From contig JANJGN010000646.1 of assembly GCA_026770705.1 (NCBI GenBank), positions 248,001 through 312,000 on the forward strand: 64,000 bases of DNA, in the 5' to 3' direction. A model generated the notes under the pieces. That model was given only the letters and a program-made list of their open reading frames with translations, was not told the origin of the DNA and made no database searches. The DNA comes from Isurus oxyrinchus (taxonomy: Eukaryota). Positions 62,550 through 64,000 of the stretch are shown here, in pieces. Numbering within the stretch: the first letter of the stretch is position 1; each line of letters starts with the position of its first letter. The translations under genes were made by a program, and so were the position numbers.

Positions 62550-62999
62550 TGTCCACTCCCAGATAATTCATAAGCTTCTGACTCTCAAACTCTGAAAGAG
62601 AAAGGAGTTAATGAGACCTCACCTCTTGTCCGACAGCTCTCAAGAGATCAGAACTGTTTTTGGACAATGTCTTTACAGACTAATTTGATTCTCTGTGGGA
62701 TGATAGGTACTCTGCAGAGAGTTACAAGGCTTTAAGAAAGAAAAACATTAAAGGATTTGCATTTCTATAGCACCTTTCACCACCTCAAGACGTCCCAAAG
62801 CTCATGTCTCTGCACTTCCCTCATCCCTTGAGCTAGAAAGATGTTCTGTACAACAGACTTGAGCCTCACACCCAGATCTCAATAATCAGTAGAAATCTTT
62901 CAAAGGCATCAATCATTGGAATCTGTCTTTATAAAGTCACAACATCAACAAAGGACGGTGTTGGTCGTGGAAGTGAATTCCAATTGTTCTGTTACTTAC

Positions 63000-63140
63000 C
63001 CAGGACCTGTCCGACTGCTCGCCTGGAGAGGAACTGCCCACACGCTCTGCTTGGGCTGAATGACCTCTTCCTGTGCTGCTCCCTCTGTGTGTTTAATTAG
63101 AAAGGGTGGATGTGTCACTGTGAGACAAAATGAGGAAGTG
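63000..63140 (-). promoter_or_regulatory. Gene B putative promoter / non-coding exon 1 with PU.1/ETS-like site
   Basis: Same module; donor at 63000, GAGGAAGT at 63132-63139. Confidence 0.55.
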
Positions 63141-63365
63141 GGTAATCAGTGAGAAGATCGAGCATGTTTTGTGCTCTCAGCAAAACGTTTACCATGTGTG
63201 ATCTGTCAGCTCATATTTGGGCAGCTGTAGTCATGAAGCTTCTCCATTGGCTCCGTGGGATTAGACTCCTCCCCCTCACCACAGAGGCTGAAACTCAGGC
63301 GATAGAGTCCCCAATACAGGTCTCGGGCCGTATGATACATTTCAACGACCCCTGTTATCATTACG

Positions 63366-64000
63366 GAGGGAGTGCTGCACTGTCAGCGGGACTCTACTGT
63401 GGGAGTGCTGCACTATCAAAGGGTCAGTAATGGGAGAGTGCTGCACTGTCAGAGGGTCAGTAATGAGGGAGTGCTGCACTGTCAGAGGGTCAGTAATGTG
63501 GGAGTGCTGCACTGTCAGAGGGTCAGTAATGAGGGAGTGCTGCACGGTCAGAGGTTCAGTACTGAGGGAGTGCTGCACTGTCAGAGGGTCAGTAATGTGG
63601 GAGTGCTGAACTGTCGGCGGGTCTGTATTGAGTGAGTTCCGCACAGTCAGAGGGTCAGTATTGAGGGGGTGCCGGACTGTGGGAGGGTTAGTACTGAGGT
63701 AGAGCCGAGTGTGAGAAGATATCCTTTCATGGCAAAGTTTAACTGGAATTTATTTAAACAGAATTCTTGTACTGTGTGTTATTGCAAAAGAAAGGATTTG
63801 AGGAACTAAGTCTTGTTCCCGTAAGCCTAAAAATAATTTTCACCGATTCAATGATTTAGCATTGAAACCTCCCTCTTTGGGCACCAGTCTTGATTGAATC
63901 AACTCGAACAGCACCGTGGGAGGGTGAGTACTGAGGGAGTGCTGCACTGTGGGAGGGTGAGTACTGAGAGAGGGCTGCGCTGTGGGAGGGTGAGTACTGA
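63366..64000. repeat. 33-bp minisatellite, reverse orientation, upstream of gene B
   Basis: GAGGGAGTGCTGCACTGTCAGAGGGTCAGTAAT units, interrupted at about 63700-63915. Confidence 0.9.

Larger units (their letters stand above)
43930..63140. repeat. Segmental duplication homologous to about 521-16062
   Basis: Collinear exons, introns, TE insertions and even gap positions; offset about 43.4 kb at the left end. Confidence 0.9.

Noticed and set aside
43930-63140. Gene B as a pure haplotig (false duplication) of gene A
   Set aside because: The genes differ in V-exon number, outer V sequence, TE deletions, 3' continuation and upstream flanks. Local mis-assembly near the paired N gaps cannot be excluded.

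Overview
Eukaryotic vertebrate DNA, most likely from a cartilaginous fish (inferred from the CR1/L2/Penelope repeat content and the 33-bp minisatellite). The window holds a minus-strand tandem cluster of Siglec/MAG-like Ig-superfamily receptor genes. Gene B (about 63.1 to 37.8 kb) can be assembled by hand from canonical GT-AG exons into an intact 2457-nt / 818-aa ORF: leader, three V-set domains, two C2-set domains, a MAG-D5-like Ig domain, TM, and a tail with ITIM-like and ITSM-like motifs. Gene A (about 16.1 kb to past the left edge) is a paralogue with two V exons, the first of them frameshifted. Between the two genes lie a second copy of the cytoplasmic-tail exons with an intact ITIM, and an orphan TM plus a different tyrosine-rich tail (YxN, ITAM-like spacing). 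Each orphan module has a copy of the promoter/exon-1 module upstream of its tail exons. The rest is CR1, L2, Penelope and Gypsy/Gmr1 relics, solo-LTR-like elements, minisatellites and two N gaps. The very long ORFs at 28.6-33.0 kb are minisatellite artefacts. All exon models are manual and have no transcript support.
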